Notes: generated by a model not told the origin, from the letters alone. Shown: positions 48,704 to 59,851, counted from the first letter of the stretch. The stretch is DNA of 64,000 nucleotides from an uncultured Bacteroidota bacterium (GCA_963700635.1 CAVOYH010000002.1:128001-192000), one strand, 5' to 3'. Numbers and translations: made by a program.

Positions 48704-50256
48704 GGTCCGAGCTTGCCAAGGGATCACTCTCCGGTGCGCTCCAGGTCGTGGTGACCACTGCGCTGGTGCTGATTGCCGTGCCGCTCTTTGTCCGGAATCT
48801 GGGGCCTGAGGCATTCGGCCTCTTCTCCCTTATCGCGCTTGTTGGAAACGTCAACACCTTTGCGAATCTTGGCCTTAATTCCGCCCTTGTCCGGTTTGTG
48901 GCAGAACAGGGGAAAAGCAGGGAATCCGATCACGACATCGTGGTGACCCTTGTCATCCTGGTGAGCGTGATCCTCCCGCTGACGGCTGGCGGTTTTCTCT
49001 TCGAACGTACCATGCTGTCCGGCGTCCTGAACGTTCCGCCGGACTTTTATGACGACGCTGTGTGGCTTTACCGCGCGATGTTGATCAGCAATATCCTTGT
49101 TCTTCTCGGGGGGACCTTCACGGCAGTTCTGGATGCACAAGCGAAAGTGTATCTGACAAACCTCTTTCAGATGCTGTACACCGTGGTCTATTGGGGATTG
49201 ATCCTGGGTGTGCTCATTGCGGGACTCCCCCTGAAGATGATAGGGGTGACCACCGTGATCGCAACAACAACCTGGTTCGCGGCAGCGGGAACGGGCATGC
49301 TCCGCACGTGGGGGGTGCCGTCAGTAACCGGATTAAGAATGTCGTGGATGACGAGAGTGCGAAAACAACTGTCGTACGGCATGCAGTTGTTCTCTGCGGG
49401 AATGATCGGTTTTTTTTATGAGCCGCTGACAAAGCTCCTCCTGGCGCATTTCCTCGGTGTCCGCGAGGTGGGCGTGTTCGACATCGGCATGCGGGCTCGC
49501 AACATCGTAAACAGTTTGATGTTGAAGTTGCTCTACCCGCTGTATCCGCTGTTTGCGCGGCTTGACGACCAGAAGCAGATCCGCTCTCTCGTGCATGACG
49601 TGGAACAGAAATCGATGCTGCTGGTCGCACCCGTGCTGGGGATAGTGTTCCTTACGACAAGACCACTTGTCGACTTGTTCTTCGGCACCGATGTAGACGC
49701 GCTTGCCCTGACCATAGCGTGGATGGTGTCAACGTACCTCCTGTGGGGTTTTACCGTTACTCCGGTCTATACGTTCCTGATGGCCAAGGGGTTTGCATCC
49801 AGAACCGTGATTTCACAAGCCCTTAACGTTTTTGCAAACGGCGTTGTCATCCTTGTGACCTTTGGCTGGCTTGGATACTCTTCAGTGCTCGCGGGCAATC
49901 TGGCCAGCACCCTGTCAACGTGGGTGCTGTTGCTCTTTCTTCAGTGGAGGTTCTTGCACAGTCTGATATTCGACACGTGGCGGCAACTGTTCGCCGTCCT
50001 GGTCGTGATCGGCATCGGCATCGGGTGTGCGTTCGCTGTGCCTTCGCTGCAGGCAGGCCTCTACGGCGTGATCGCTGGCCCGGTGCTCATCATATGTGCC
50101 ACCATCCTGGTGTACCGTTTTCTGGGAGTTCTCAATGTGCAGGATGTGGCGCGCTACCTGGGAAGTGGAACAGCCGCATCGCGCGTGTGCGCGTGGCTGT
50201 TCTGCAGGGCAGGGAGTCCAACCGGGCCGGCAACGGAGCGAACCACGGTCTCATGA
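48700..50256 (+). CDS. wzx: Wzx-type flippase
   Basis: RNLGPEAFGLFSL, LGLNSALVRFVA, multi-TM MOP layout. Confidence 0.8.
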   Translation: MRSELAKGSLSGALQVVVTTALVLIAVPLFVRNLGPEAFGLFSLIALVGNVNTFANLGLNSALVRFVAEQGKSRESDHDIVVTLVILVSVILPLTAGGFLFERTMLSGVLNVPPDFYDDAVWLYRAMLISNILVLLGGTFTAVLDAQAKVYLTNLFQMLYTVVYWGLILGVLIAGLPLKMIGVTTVIATTTWFAAAGTGMLRTWGVPSVTGLRMSWMTRVRKQLSYGMQLFSAGMIGFFYEPLTKLLLAHFLGVREVGVFDIGMRARNIVNSLMLKLLYPLYPLFARLDDQKQIRSLVHDVEQKSMLLVAPVLGIVFLTTRPLVDLFFGTDVDALALTIAWMVSTYLLWGFTVTPVYTFLMAKGFASRTVISQALNVFANGVVILVTFGWLGYSSVLAGNLASTLSTWVLLLFLQWRFLHSLIFDTWRQLFAVLVVIGIGIGCAFAVPSLQAGLYGVIAGPVLIICATILVYRFLGVLNVQDVARYLGSGTAASRVCAWLFCRAGSPTGPATERTTVS

Positions 50257-51035
50257 AAATCTCTATCATTACGCCGTCGTATAATCAGGGAATCTTCATC
50301 GAGGAGACCATCCGTTCGGTACAAAACCAGGATCACCACGATCGTGAGCACATTATCGTCGATGGGGGTTCCACAGACGGCACCGTGGAAATTCTCCGGC
50401 GGTACCCGCACCTGCGGTGGGTCTCGGAAAAAGATCGGGGCCAGAGTGACGCCATCAACAAAGGGTTCCGGATGGCCGACGGCGACATCATTGCCTGGCT
50501 GAATTCGGATGATTGGTATGAACCCAACGTCTTCGGTGATGTCGTGCGTTATTTCAGCGAACATCCTGATTGTATGATCCTGTACGGCGACATCACGTTT
50601 GCGGACAGGGAAGGGAAGCCGCTCTTTGCCATCAAGGGTGGGACCTTGAGCTATGAACACCTCGTGGCCAGTCCGGATAGCATGCGGCAGCCCAGTTTTT
50701 TCTGGCGGCGGAGCCTCATCCAGGACTATGGGGGAGTAGATGAGAGTCTCCATCTTGTTATGGATTTTGACTTGTTTCTGCGCATCGGGCGCGGGCGACG
50801 ATTTTGTTATCTCCCCCGGAATATGAGTTACTATCGCTGCTATGATGAAAACAAGAGTCTGTCACTCGCACGGCAGCAGGTAAAGGAGATCTACAGGGTG
50901 TACCGCAAGCATGGCATCCGCTTCACCCCGGGGATCGTTCGATTTCTTGTGGCAAAATACGCCTTGTCGTTCGGACTTGTGAAGCGGCTGCACGGGTTCT
51001 TACGCAGGGGAAGGGAGGGGAATTCCCGGTCATGA
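50253..51035 (+). CDS. Glycosyltransferase family 2
   Basis: ISIITPSYNQ, DGGSTDGT, GQSDAINKG, WLNSDD. Start is ATG 50253 (ATGA overlap). Confidence 0.9.
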   Translation: MKISIITPSYNQGIFIEETIRSVQNQDHHDREHIIVDGGSTDGTVEILRRYPHLRWVSEKDRGQSDAINKGFRMADGDIIAWLNSDDWYEPNVFGDVVRYFSEHPDCMILYGDITFADREGKPLFAIKGGTLSYEHLVASPDSMRQPSFFWRRSLIQDYGGVDESLHLVMDFDLFLRIGRGRRFCYLPRNMSYYRCYDENKSLSLARQQVKEIYRVYRKHGIRFTPGIVRFLVAKYALSFGLVKRLHGFLRRGREGNSRS

Positions 51036-52249
51036 TCCGGCGGATTCTCTTTGTCGACGAAGATCAGGAACGAAACGGCGCGACCGTGAGCCTTGAGTAT
51101 CTGGTTCAGGGTTTCAAGGAATCGGGTTATGATCCGGTCGTGCTTACCTGGAAACAGGAAGAGTGGGCCAAGGCCCGGCTGCGGGAGTCGGCAAGCCTCA
51201 TTGATGGACGGTGGGGTCCGGTGACATCCCTCACAATGTGTTTTCATTTTACGTATACTGCTTCGCCGCTCTCATGGGCGGGACTGCGCAATATCCTGAA
51301 AGACGTTGTTAAGTTTGTGGCGGGTTTTTTTGTTGTGCGGAGGGTGATCCGGCGCGTCAAGCCGGCGCTTGTGTATCTTAATGAATACTCTGTTGTGCAG
51401 GCCGCCCTTGCAGCCCGCTCCTGTGGCATCCCGGTGGCGATGCACATCCGGAGCCGTATGCTGGGGGGGATGTTCGGGGTCCGCCGTCGGTTTATGGCCA
51501 GGATGGTCCTCCGGTATTCTGATGTCGTGTTCCCCATAACACGACTGGAGGCGGACCAGCTGCAGGCGCGCCCCCATGAAGAACCCGGCATCCATGTGGT
51601 CGGTGAGTTCGTTCCGATGGGAAGGGAGCCCCAGGGTACAGGAGTCCGGGGCCGGAAAATGTTTGAGCTTCCGGAAGACCGGAAAGTCGTCGTCATGATG
51701 GGGGGGATTCAAAGCATTAAGGGAACCAGGGACTTCCTGCTCGCGGCGGTGACCGTTCTGTCACGGTATCCTGGCGCTGTATTCGCGATTGCGGGGGGAA
51801 CGAGAATGGTTGTGGATCCGGTGAAACGCGCCTATTACGATTCGTGTATGAAACTGGTGGGATCCCTCCAGCAGTTTGATGGGATCCGTCTGCTGGGGGA
51901 AATCACCAATCCCCTGGACTTTGTTGCGATGTGTGACATTCTTGTTGCCCCGAACCTGGAAACACATTTTTCAAGGCCGGTTGTCGAGGCCTGGGGAATG
52001 GGAAAGCCCGTGGTCGTGTACCGCAGTCCGCATATGGACCAGCTTGTCAGCCACGAAACGGACGGGCTGCTTGTCGAATCAGGCTATGTTGAAGGGCTTG
52101 CCTCTTCGATGCTGCGTCTCCTGGAGAGCCCGGAACTCTGTCAGCAGCTTGGTGCGGCGGGAATGAAGAAGGCCAGATTGGAGTTCGACGCAAAAAAGAA
52201 TCTCGACAGGATCATCACACATTGTTCATCACTTATCGAGGCCTCGTGA
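51032..52249 (+). CDS. Glycosyltransferase family 4
   Basis: KG..DF, E.FSRPVVEA...GKPVV, DGLLV. Confidence 0.85.
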   Translation: MIRRILFVDEDQERNGATVSLEYLVQGFKESGYDPVVLTWKQEEWAKARLRESASLIDGRWGPVTSLTMCFHFTYTASPLSWAGLRNILKDVVKFVAGFFVVRRVIRRVKPALVYLNEYSVVQAALAARSCGIPVAMHIRSRMLGGMFGVRRRFMARMVLRYSDVVFPITRLEADQLQARPHEEPGIHVVGEFVPMGREPQGTGVRGRKMFELPEDRKVVVMMGGIQSIKGTRDFLLAAVTVLSRYPGAVFAIAGGTRMVVDPVKRAYYDSCMKLVGSLQQFDGIRLLGEITNPLDFVAMCDILVAPNLETHFSRPVVEAWGMGKPVVVYRSPHMDQLVSHETDGLLVESGYVEGLASSMLRLLESPELCQQLGAAGMKKARLEFDAKKNLDRIITHCSSLIEAS

Positions 52250-52379
52250 TCCGGGACCCGCGCTGCGTACATCTGCTGAGAGGTGCAGGTTCCCATGGAT
52301 GGGGCCACGGTCGGATTGACCGGACCGGCGGTCGGCTTGAGGGGAACCGTGGTTGGCTAGATCGGTCCCGGAGCATGCG

Positions 52380-53330
52380 ATGAAAAGGGGAACGGTCGCA
52401 GTTGTCATTCTCAATTACCGGCGAAAAGACCACACGCTGGAGTGTCTTTCGTCTCTCTCTGCGTCGACGCAGGTTCCTTTGCGTCTTATTGTGGTGGACA
52501 ATGATTCGGGGGATGGATCCGCGGCGGTTATCCGATCGGCCCGCCCTGATATTGAGGTGCTGGAGACGAAAACAAATCTCGGGTATGCAGGCGGCATGAA
52601 CACCGGTCTGCGGCAGGCACTTGCGTCGGACGCCGAGTATATCCTGGCTCTCAACAGCGACACACTCGCGGCTGTAGATTCGGTGTCTGTGCTGGTCGAT
52701 GCGTTGGATTCCCACCAGGCGGCGGGTGCTGCGACCGGAACCTTCTTCTACTATCCGGAAGCCTTAAAGGTCTGGTACGCCGGAGGTTCCCTGGCGTACA
52801 CGCGGGCTCACGCATTGACGACACGGGCGCTGACCCCTTCCTCGGCGGACGGATCGTCGCCTGTGCAAAAGGTCTCTTTCGTTACCGGCTGTGCGATCCT
52901 GTTCCGCGCTTCCGCACTCCGCCGGGTGGGATTGTTTGATGAACGATATTTCATGTACCTTGAGGATGTGGACCTGTCGCGGCGTTTTCTCTCAGAAGGT
53001 TTTGACCTGCTGTACGTTCCCCTGGCCACATGGTATCATCGTCTGATTGCCGATGAACAAACGCCGCTAAAGACATATTTTGTAACGAGGAACCGTCTGC
53101 TGTTTCTTGAGCGCGCTCCCGGCTTGTTCAGCCGGATTGCAGGAAGTGTGTACGTTCTGCTGGTGGTCACGATGAAGGTATTGTGGTGGAGTGTGACCGA
53201 CCGGCAGCTGGCACGCGCGATGTTGCTGGGTGTGCAGGACTATTTTTCAGGACGATTCCATGTGGGAAGGGGACTCACCCTGTCTGTTCAGGATACCGAC
53301 ACTCGGAGATGGAATGCGGATCGGCATTGA
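52380..53330 (+). CDS. Glycosyltransferase family 2 (rhamnosyltransferase-like)
   Basis: VVILNY, VVDNDS.DGS, NLGYAGGMN.G, LNSD, GLFDERYFMYLEDVDL. Confidence 0.88.
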   Translation: MKRGTVAVVILNYRRKDHTLECLSSLSASTQVPLRLIVVDNDSGDGSAAVIRSARPDIEVLETKTNLGYAGGMNTGLRQALASDAEYILALNSDTLAAVDSVSVLVDALDSHQAAGAATGTFFYYPEALKVWYAGGSLAYTRAHALTTRALTPSSADGSSPVQKVSFVTGCAILFRASALRRVGLFDERYFMYLEDVDLSRRFLSEGFDLLYVPLATWYHRLIADEQTPLKTYFVTRNRLLFLERAPGLFSRIAGSVYVLLVVTMKVLWWSVTDRQLARAMLLGVQDYFSGRFHVGRGLTLSVQDTDTRRWNADRH

Positions 53331-54450
53331 TGCGCGCGCAACAATGATGGCGAACGACGGGATCGGGCGCTATGCCACAGAACTCCTCAAGGAATACGCC
53401 CGGAGGGACGATGGGCATGAATTCTATGTCTTGAAGAACCAGCTGACCGGGATATCTTTCGCGTTTGACAGTCGATTTCACGAGATTGTGGTGCGGACTG
53501 ACCGATTTGGCCTGAAGGAACAGATGGCCCTCCCCCGGATCCTCTCTCCGCTCCGGCTGGATCTGTTTCATTCACTTCACTCCGCTCTCCCTCTCGCCTA
53601 CCGGGGGGTGATGGTGATGACCGTACATGACATTATTCCGGTGATGAGTCCGTGGAGTTTTGGACGGAGCGGTCTCAGAAACTGGATGGCGTCGACGTAT
53701 ATGACAGGGCTGGTGAGATTGTGCGTACGCAGAGCCTCGCTCGTTGCAGTTTCGTCAGAGAACACACGCAGGGATATGATCCAGCATCTGGGCGCCAGAC
53801 CTGAACGGCTGCGGCGGGTGTATCTGGGAATTAATCACGAAGAATTCGTACCGCCACCCGACGCGCAGCAGATCCCTTCCCGCCTGGGGCTCTCGCAGCC
53901 GTTCTTCCTGACGGTGACAAATTTTAAACCACACAAGAATACCGGCATGTTGCTTGATGCATTCCGGCTCATGCGCAAACGGATCCCTGATGCGCAGCTC
54001 GCCGTCGTCGGCGCCGATGCCCGGAGTCTGGCAAAACATCTCGGCAATTTCGACATGCTTGCCGCCGAAGGAATCCACATTCTGGGTTATCAGGATGACG
54101 CAACCGTGACCGGGTTAATGTCAACGACCACCGCGTTCGTCCATCCCTCGCTCTATGAAGGGTTTGGTTTTCCGGTGGTGGAGGCGATGGCGTCAGGAGC
54201 GCCGGTGATCACCTCGTCCGCGGCATCACTCCCCGAACTTGGAGGAGACAGCGTTCTGTACATCGACCCGAATGATCCTGCTGACATCGCGCGTGCGATG
54301 GAGAAGATCTGTACTGATGCCGCCCTTCGGGATGACCTCAGGAAAAGGGGGAAAGTCCAGGCGGGCACGTTCCGGTGGAAGGATAATGCTGATGCCATGT
54401 TGCAGGTGTACCGCGATGCAATGTCCGGTTCAGGAGCCCGTACCGTATGA
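53314..54450 (+). CDS. Glycosyltransferase family 4 (mannosyltransferase-like)
   Basis: MRIGIDAR, GIGRY, TVHD, PHKN, PSLYEGFGFPVVEAMASG. Confidence 0.9.
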   Translation: MRIGIDARATMMANDGIGRYATELLKEYARRDDGHEFYVLKNQLTGISFAFDSRFHEIVVRTDRFGLKEQMALPRILSPLRLDLFHSLHSALPLAYRGVMVMTVHDIIPVMSPWSFGRSGLRNWMASTYMTGLVRLCVRRASLVAVSSENTRRDMIQHLGARPERLRRVYLGINHEEFVPPPDAQQIPSRLGLSQPFFLTVTNFKPHKNTGMLLDAFRLMRKRIPDAQLAVVGADARSLAKHLGNFDMLAAEGIHILGYQDDATVTGLMSTTTAFVHPSLYEGFGFPVVEAMASGAPVITSSAASLPELGGDSVLYIDPNDPADIARAMEKICTDAALRDDLRKRGKVQAGTFRWKDNADAMLQVYRDAMSGSGARTV

Positions 54451-55607
54451 AAATCGTTCAGACCAATAAGGCGTACGCGCCCCTGATCGGGGGGATGGAA
54501 ACAATTGTCACCGCCCTGGCGGAGGGGTTAAGCAAAAAAGATGGGACCGAAGTTGAGGCGCTGGTGTGCAACGCAACCAGATCGTTCAGGAGTACGACGC
54601 GGGTGATCAATGACGTGCGGGTCACGTATGTACCCCGTTGGGGCTCCATCACCTCGTTGCCTGTCAGTCCGTCCTTTCTGACGCACCTCGCCCGCGCCAG
54701 GGGGGACATTCTCCATGTTCACGAGCCCTTTCCGCTCGTAGATCTTTCTTTCGGCGTGTACCCGCGAATCCGCAGACATTTCAAACGCATTGTGGTGACA
54801 TACCAGTCAGATATTATCAGGCAGAAATGGGCTCTCGCTTTTTATCGCCCGTTCATCCACCACTTTCTTTCGATGACGGATCGTATCCTGGTGAGCTCCC
54901 CGGCCCTTGTCGAGCATTCGGATATCCTTTCCCTCTACCGAGACCGCTGCGAAGTTGTCCCTCTCGGTCTGGACTTGAAGTGGACCGGGGATCGGGGGAA
55001 GCGGAGTGTGCGGGTGGAGGAGATTCGCATGTTACGCGGCACACCGCTTATCCTCTTTGTGGGCCGTCTTGTCTACTACAAGGGTCTCCAGTACCTGATC
55101 GACGCCATGGCGGAGCTTGCCGCGGCGAAACTTGTGATTGTCGGATCGGGTCCCCTGCAGGGAGCGCTGGAGCGTCAGATACAATCACACCAGCTGCGCG
55201 ACCGGGTGACGATACTTCCGCACATGGACTCTGAAGAGTTGTATTCCTATTATGAAGCATGTGACGTGTTTGTCCTCCCGTCAACCGAACGGAGTGAGGC
55301 CTACGGCCTTGTCCAGATCGAAGCAATGGCCAGCGGCAAGCCCGTTGTATCAACAGAGATCCAAACCGGGACGACATTCGTGAATCAGAACGGAAAGACC
55401 GGCTTCACCGTGCCCCCCCGGGATGCGGGGGCGCTGGCGCATGCAATTGAGAAGCTGCTCCGGGACAACGAGCTTCGCGCCCGCTTTGGCCGGCAGGCGG
55501 AGGAACGCGCGTTGCGGGAATTCACAACTGAAAGTATGGTTGACCGGACATACGACATCTACCGGCGGCTGCTCGATGTGCGCGCCGATACCCCTCTTTC
55601 GAGATGA
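54447..55607 (+). CDS. Glycosyltransferase family 4
   Basis: GGME, FVGRLVYYKG, LPSTERSEAYGLVQIEAMASGKPV. Confidence 0.9.
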   Translation: MKIVQTNKAYAPLIGGMETIVTALAEGLSKKDGTEVEALVCNATRSFRSTTRVINDVRVTYVPRWGSITSLPVSPSFLTHLARARGDILHVHEPFPLVDLSFGVYPRIRRHFKRIVVTYQSDIIRQKWALAFYRPFIHHFLSMTDRILVSSPALVEHSDILSLYRDRCEVVPLGLDLKWTGDRGKRSVRVEEIRMLRGTPLILFVGRLVYYKGLQYLIDAMAELAAAKLVIVGSGPLQGALERQIQSHQLRDRVTILPHMDSEELYSYYEACDVFVLPSTERSEAYGLVQIEAMASGKPVVSTEIQTGTTFVNQNGKTGFTVPPRDAGALAHAIEKLLRDNELRARFGRQAEERALREFTTESMVDRTYDIYRRLLDVRADTPLSR

Positions 55608-55617
55608 CGAGCCCATA

Positions 55618-57021
55618 ATGTCCACACGCCACGAAGTGCCCATTCTGCTGTTGACGGACATCCTGACCGTCTGCCTTGCCTGGTTCGCGTACTATGGTAT
55701 CCGGGTGCAGAGTGGGTTTCTCCTCGTTGGGGTCCAGCCCGACTTCTTCCTTCCCATGGCTGTCGTCAGCGTGTTCTGGATGCTCCTGTTTCTCCTCGTT
55801 GGCCTGTATCGTCCCTGGTATGCGGCCTCTCGGTTTGACGAACTTACGCTTATCTTCAAGACCACGCTGGTCGGTTGTTTGCTCCTTTTCTTTGTGATCT
55901 TTGTTGATGACGAAGGGACAACGGTCGGCACAAGCGCCCGTGTGCTCATGCTTCTCTACTGGGGAATTCTGCTGGTTTGTGTCGGGAGCGGCCGGTTGCT
56001 CCTGCGCAGCGCGCAGCGGCGTATGCTCATCGCAGGAATAGGAACGCATCTCACCGTGATCGTTGGAAGCACCGCCCGTTCACGTGAACTTTTTGATCAG
56101 GTCGCCCGCTATCCTGCGCTGGGGTACCGGGTGGCGGGTTTTGTGCGTCTCGAGAAGCCGGAACGGCGGAAGGGCGGTGTATGGGATCGTGGCGTCAGAG
56201 TTCTGGGCGGACTCGAAGACCTCACGGGGATCATCAAACGGGAGAACATCCGGGAGGTGCTCATCGCGCTCGATTCCAAAGACCACAACCGTTTGCTGGA
56301 TATTATCTCAAAATGTAACGGCAGTCCGGTCGGACTCAAAATCGTTCCCGACCTGTATGATATCATCAGCGGCCAGGCCCGCACCAATCAGATCTATGGG
56401 TTTCCCCTCATCAATATCTCTCCCCAGCTTATGCCGGCCTGGGAAGAATTTGCAAAACGGATGATGGATGTGATTGCAGCAACCGCGGTGTGCGTCGTCG
56501 GTCTGCCGCTCTGGGTTATCATTGGCGTGGCCATCAAAGTCGAGTCGGATGGCCCGATTATCTACAAGCAGGAACGGGTTGGCAAGGACGGTGTGCGCTT
56601 CCACATCCTGAAATTCCGATCCATGCGTGACGATGCAGAAAAGGCCGGGCCACAGTGGGCACATCGACGCGACCCGCGTATTACGCGTGTGGGATATCTG
56701 CTCCGGAAACTCCATCTGGACGAGATCCCTCAACTCTGGAACGTCCTGCGCGGCCAGATGAGCCTGGTCGGCCCGCGTCCCGAACGACCGATGTTTGTCG
56801 AACAACTTTCGACGGAAATACCGATGTACCCCCGCCGCCTGAAAGTGCGGCCGGGTATTACCGGATGGGCTCAGGTAAAACATAAATACGATGAGTCTAT
56901 TGACGACGTGCGAAAGAAAGTCCAGTACGACCTCTTTTATATAGAGAATATGTCCTTACGCATGGATTTTAAGATCATCCTGAGCACGGCGTACCACGTG
57001 CTCCTCGGGAAAGGCCATTGA
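55618..57021 (+). CDS. Undecaprenyl-phosphate phosphoglycosyl transferase (WcaJ/WbaP large class)
   Basis: 4 TMs + Rossmann domain + KR..D, KFRSM, DPRIT, LDEIPQ, MSLVGPRPE, PGITGWAQV, DLFY. Confidence 0.92.
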   Translation: MSTRHEVPILLLTDILTVCLAWFAYYGIRVQSGFLLVGVQPDFFLPMAVVSVFWMLLFLLVGLYRPWYAASRFDELTLIFKTTLVGCLLLFFVIFVDDEGTTVGTSARVLMLLYWGILLVCVGSGRLLLRSAQRRMLIAGIGTHLTVIVGSTARSRELFDQVARYPALGYRVAGFVRLEKPERRKGGVWDRGVRVLGGLEDLTGIIKRENIREVLIALDSKDHNRLLDIISKCNGSPVGLKIVPDLYDIISGQARTNQIYGFPLINISPQLMPAWEEFAKRMMDVIAATAVCVVGLPLWVIIGVAIKVESDGPIIYKQERVGKDGVRFHILKFRSMRDDAEKAGPQWAHRRDPRITRVGYLLRKLHLDEIPQLWNVLRGQMSLVGPRPERPMFVEQLSTEIPMYPRRLKVRPGITGWAQVKHKYDESIDDVRKKVQYDLFYIENMSLRMDFKIILSTAYHVLLGKGH

Positions 57022-58691
57022 TGAGCCGCTGGTTGCTCCTGCTTCTCGGAGTCGCTGTGTGTACTGCCGCAGCGCAGCAGGTGGATCATGTACCCCTATC
57101 ACATCCCGTACATGATTTCCTGGATCGACTCGGTGTGCGTGGTGTGCTTTCGCTCTACAGCGGCAGCGTCCGGCCCCTGGAACGGGGCAAGGCCCTCCGC
57201 CTGCTGGACACTGCCCTTGTGCACGCCGACCGCCTCAGCGGGGTCGAACGAAGAAGTCTTGACAAATTTAGAGTAGAATTCTCCCGTGATCTCGGCTCAC
57301 GGCCTGATCGTGAAACAATTCTGCTCGGTTCACACGAGTCGGTCGGGAGTCTGATCAAGGATATGGTCTCCGACAAAGAAAAGCACCTTTATGCGGTTGT
57401 TGATAGCAACACCACATTGATTGTGGAACTGCTGGGTTCAACGGAATATCGCTCCCAGCATGGCGACTCGCGGGGGAACACTGATGTGACACTGCTCAGC
57501 ATCGGTGGCCGTTTTCGCGGCACGATCGCCGGCAGACTCGGGTATATGCTCCAGGCGACAAACGGGGTCATGCGCGGAAACCGGGCGCTTGCCCTGACCG
57601 ATCCGCGTCTGGCGGCGAATGTGAAATTTAATAACCTTGACAGTCCAAATTTCGATTTCACCGAGGCCTACCTCCGTCTTTCGTTTGACTGGGCTGGCCT
57701 CCAGTTCGGGAGAGAGTACACATCTGTGGGTGTGGGATACAATGACCGGCTGATTCTTTCGGAGAACGGGCCTCCACTGGATTTTTTCAGCATCAACGCA
57801 GAGTACAGATCATTCCAGTTTTTCTTCCTGCACGGCGCCATTCTCGGTGCCGACAGGGGCTTCTCCGGACTTCTGGAGCAGGCCGCAGTTGGCTCGTCAA
57901 AGTACCTCGCACTTCACCGGTTCCAGTTCTCCCTCTTTGACGCCATAACAATCGGCGCGAGCGAGATGGTCGTCTATCAACGCCTTACTCCGGAATATGC
58001 CTATCTTAATCCCATCAATTTTTTCAAGTCCTCCGAGCATCAGTTACGGGATCGGGACAATGCCCTGATGGTGCTGGATCTCGAGGTGTTTCCCTGCGAC
58101 AACTGGAAGTTCTATGGCGCATGGCTTATTGATGACATTACGATATCACGGATCGGCACCGGATGGTGGGGCAATGAATTCGGCTGGCAGGCCGGGGCAT
58201 ATGTGAGCAATGTCCTGGGCATCCCCGACGTTGATGCCGTTCTTGAGTATGTCCGGTTGGAACCGTTTGTGTACAGCAACCGGGTCGCGGGAAATGACTA
58301 CAGCCACAACAACGTATCGCTGGGCCATCGCCTTCCGCCGAACGCGGACGAATTGACGGTTGAAAGCCGCTGGAGCGCGTCGCCATGGCTCCGGTTCCGG
58401 CTTCAGGCAGCATACAGGCGCCATGGGAGGAACATCATGGCGGGAGACTCTCTGGTGCGAAATGTGGGAGGCTCCGTGGTGCAGGGGCATCGCGCGGTCG
58501 ACCCGGAAAAAGCTTTGTTCCTTGACGGCAACAGGGAATCGACCACCCGCATGCAACTCCGGGTGGAGTACGAGCCCCTTCGGGAGATGTATATCACAGG
58601 AGTTGCTGATATTGTCCGCAGACGTGACCACGCCGCCGGGACGAGCACCTCAGACCTGGGGCTGACCATCGGTGTGAGAATCGAATACTAA
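57021..58691 (+). CDS. Capsule assembly Wzi-family outer-membrane protein
   Basis: Signal peptide; VP..HPV.DFLDRL, LILSEN.PP, Y.NPINF, DNA, terminal IEY. Confidence 0.7.
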   Translation: MSRWLLLLLGVAVCTAAAQQVDHVPLSHPVHDFLDRLGVRGVLSLYSGSVRPLERGKALRLLDTALVHADRLSGVERRSLDKFRVEFSRDLGSRPDRETILLGSHESVGSLIKDMVSDKEKHLYAVVDSNTTLIVELLGSTEYRSQHGDSRGNTDVTLLSIGGRFRGTIAGRLGYMLQATNGVMRGNRALALTDPRLAANVKFNNLDSPNFDFTEAYLRLSFDWAGLQFGREYTSVGVGYNDRLILSENGPPLDFFSINAEYRSFQFFFLHGAILGADRGFSGLLEQAAVGSSKYLALHRFQFSLFDAITIGASEMVVYQRLTPEYAYLNPINFFKSSEHQLRDRDNALMVLDLEVFPCDNWKFYGAWLIDDITISRIGTGWWGNEFGWQAGAYVSNVLGIPDVDAVLEYVRLEPFVYSNRVAGNDYSHNNVSLGHRLPPNADELTVESRWSASPWLRFRLQAAYRRHGRNIMAGDSLVRNVGGSVVQGHRAVDPEKALFLDGNRESTTRMQLRVEYEPLREMYITGVADIVRRRDHAAGTSTSDLGLTIGVRIEY

Positions 58692-58744
58692 AAAAGGCGC
58701 ACGGCACAACACCGAACGGGCGCATCATAGCACGGGAGCAGATC

Positions 58745-59851
58745 ATGAAGATGCACATGGTTGACGTTATTGGTCAGTATCAGAAAATCAAAACTGAGGT
58801 TGACGCCGCAATACACCGCGTGCTGGAGTCGGGACAGTTCATCATGGGGAAAGAAGTCGGGGAGCTTGAGACCCGCATTGCGTCATATCTCGGCGTCAAG
58901 CACGCGGTGGCGTGCGCATCGGGAACAGATGCTCTGCAGATCGCCATGATGGCAATGAACATCGGACCCGGAGACGAGGTCATCACAACGCCCTTCACGT
59001 TTGTCGCAACGGCGGAGACCATCGGACTCCTGGGAGCGACGCCGGTGTATGTCGATATCGATCCCCTCACATTCAATCTTGATCCGTCACACATCGAGAA
59101 GGTTATCACGTCCCGGACCAAAGCCATCATCCCTGTTCACCTGTATGGCCAGCCCGCCGAAATGGACCAGATCATAAAACTTGCCAGGGCGCACGGCCTT
59201 TCGGTAATCGAAGACAGTGCACAAGCACTCGGTGCATCATACCGGGGAACCAGAGTCTGTGCCATCGGCGATGTCGGCTGTATAAGTTTCTTCCCGAGTA
59301 AAAATCTCGGGGCCTTCGGTGATGGAGGGATGGTGGTTACGGACGATTCCGCACTGGCCGAACGAATGAGGATGGTGGCCGCGCATGGATCCAAAGTTCG
59401 TTATTATCATGAGATCCTCGGTATCAACAGCCGGTTGGACACCCTTCAGGCCGCAATCCTGCTGGTGAAGCTGCAGCATCTGGACGCATGGAATGCGGAG
59501 CGCAGCCGCGCCGCAGTGCGCTACACAACGTTGCTGGCAGGCACCCCGGTGACGCCACCCTTTGTCGGCCCCGACCGCGAGCACATTTTCCATCAATACA
59601 CGCTGCGCGTCCCGCAGCGGGACGAACTGGCTGCGCGTCTGAAGGAACGTGGTATTCCGCACGCGATCTACTATCCGGTCCCCCTGCACCTGCAACAGGC
59701 ATTTGCCATGGCGGGAAACGGCCCGGGTGATTTTCCGGAAACAGAGAAAGCAGCCGGAGATGTTCTCTCACTGCCGATGCATACTGAATTGACGCGGGAG
59801 CAACAACATTTCGTGTGTGATACAATCAAGGAATTTTATGCAGCACGCTGA
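58745..59851 (+). CDS. DegT/DnrJ/EryC1/StrS sugar aminotransferase (WbpE/PorR-like)
   Basis: SGTDAL, FTFVAT, PVHLYGQ, EDSAQA, SFFPSKNLGAFGDGG, NSRLDTLQA. Confidence 0.9.
   Translation: MKMHMVDVIGQYQKIKTEVDAAIHRVLESGQFIMGKEVGELETRIASYLGVKHAVACASGTDALQIAMMAMNIGPGDEVITTPFTFVATAETIGLLGATPVYVDIDPLTFNLDPSHIEKVITSRTKAIIPVHLYGQPAEMDQIIKLARAHGLSVIEDSAQALGASYRGTRVCAIGDVGCISFFPSKNLGAFGDGGMVVTDDSALAERMRMVAAHGSKVRYYHEILGINSRLDTLQAAILLVKLQHLDAWNAERSRAAVRYTTLLAGTPVTPPFVGPDREHIFHQYTLRVPQRDELAARLKERGIPHAIYYPVPLHLQQAFAMAGNGPGDFPETEKAAGDVLSLPMHTELTREQQHFVCDTIKEFYAAR

Noticed and set aside
52250-52379. GC-rich 130-nt gap with short inverted repeats inside the GT cluster
   Set aside because: Stems are only 6-7 bp, there is no T-tail and no second copy was noticed in the window; insufficient support.
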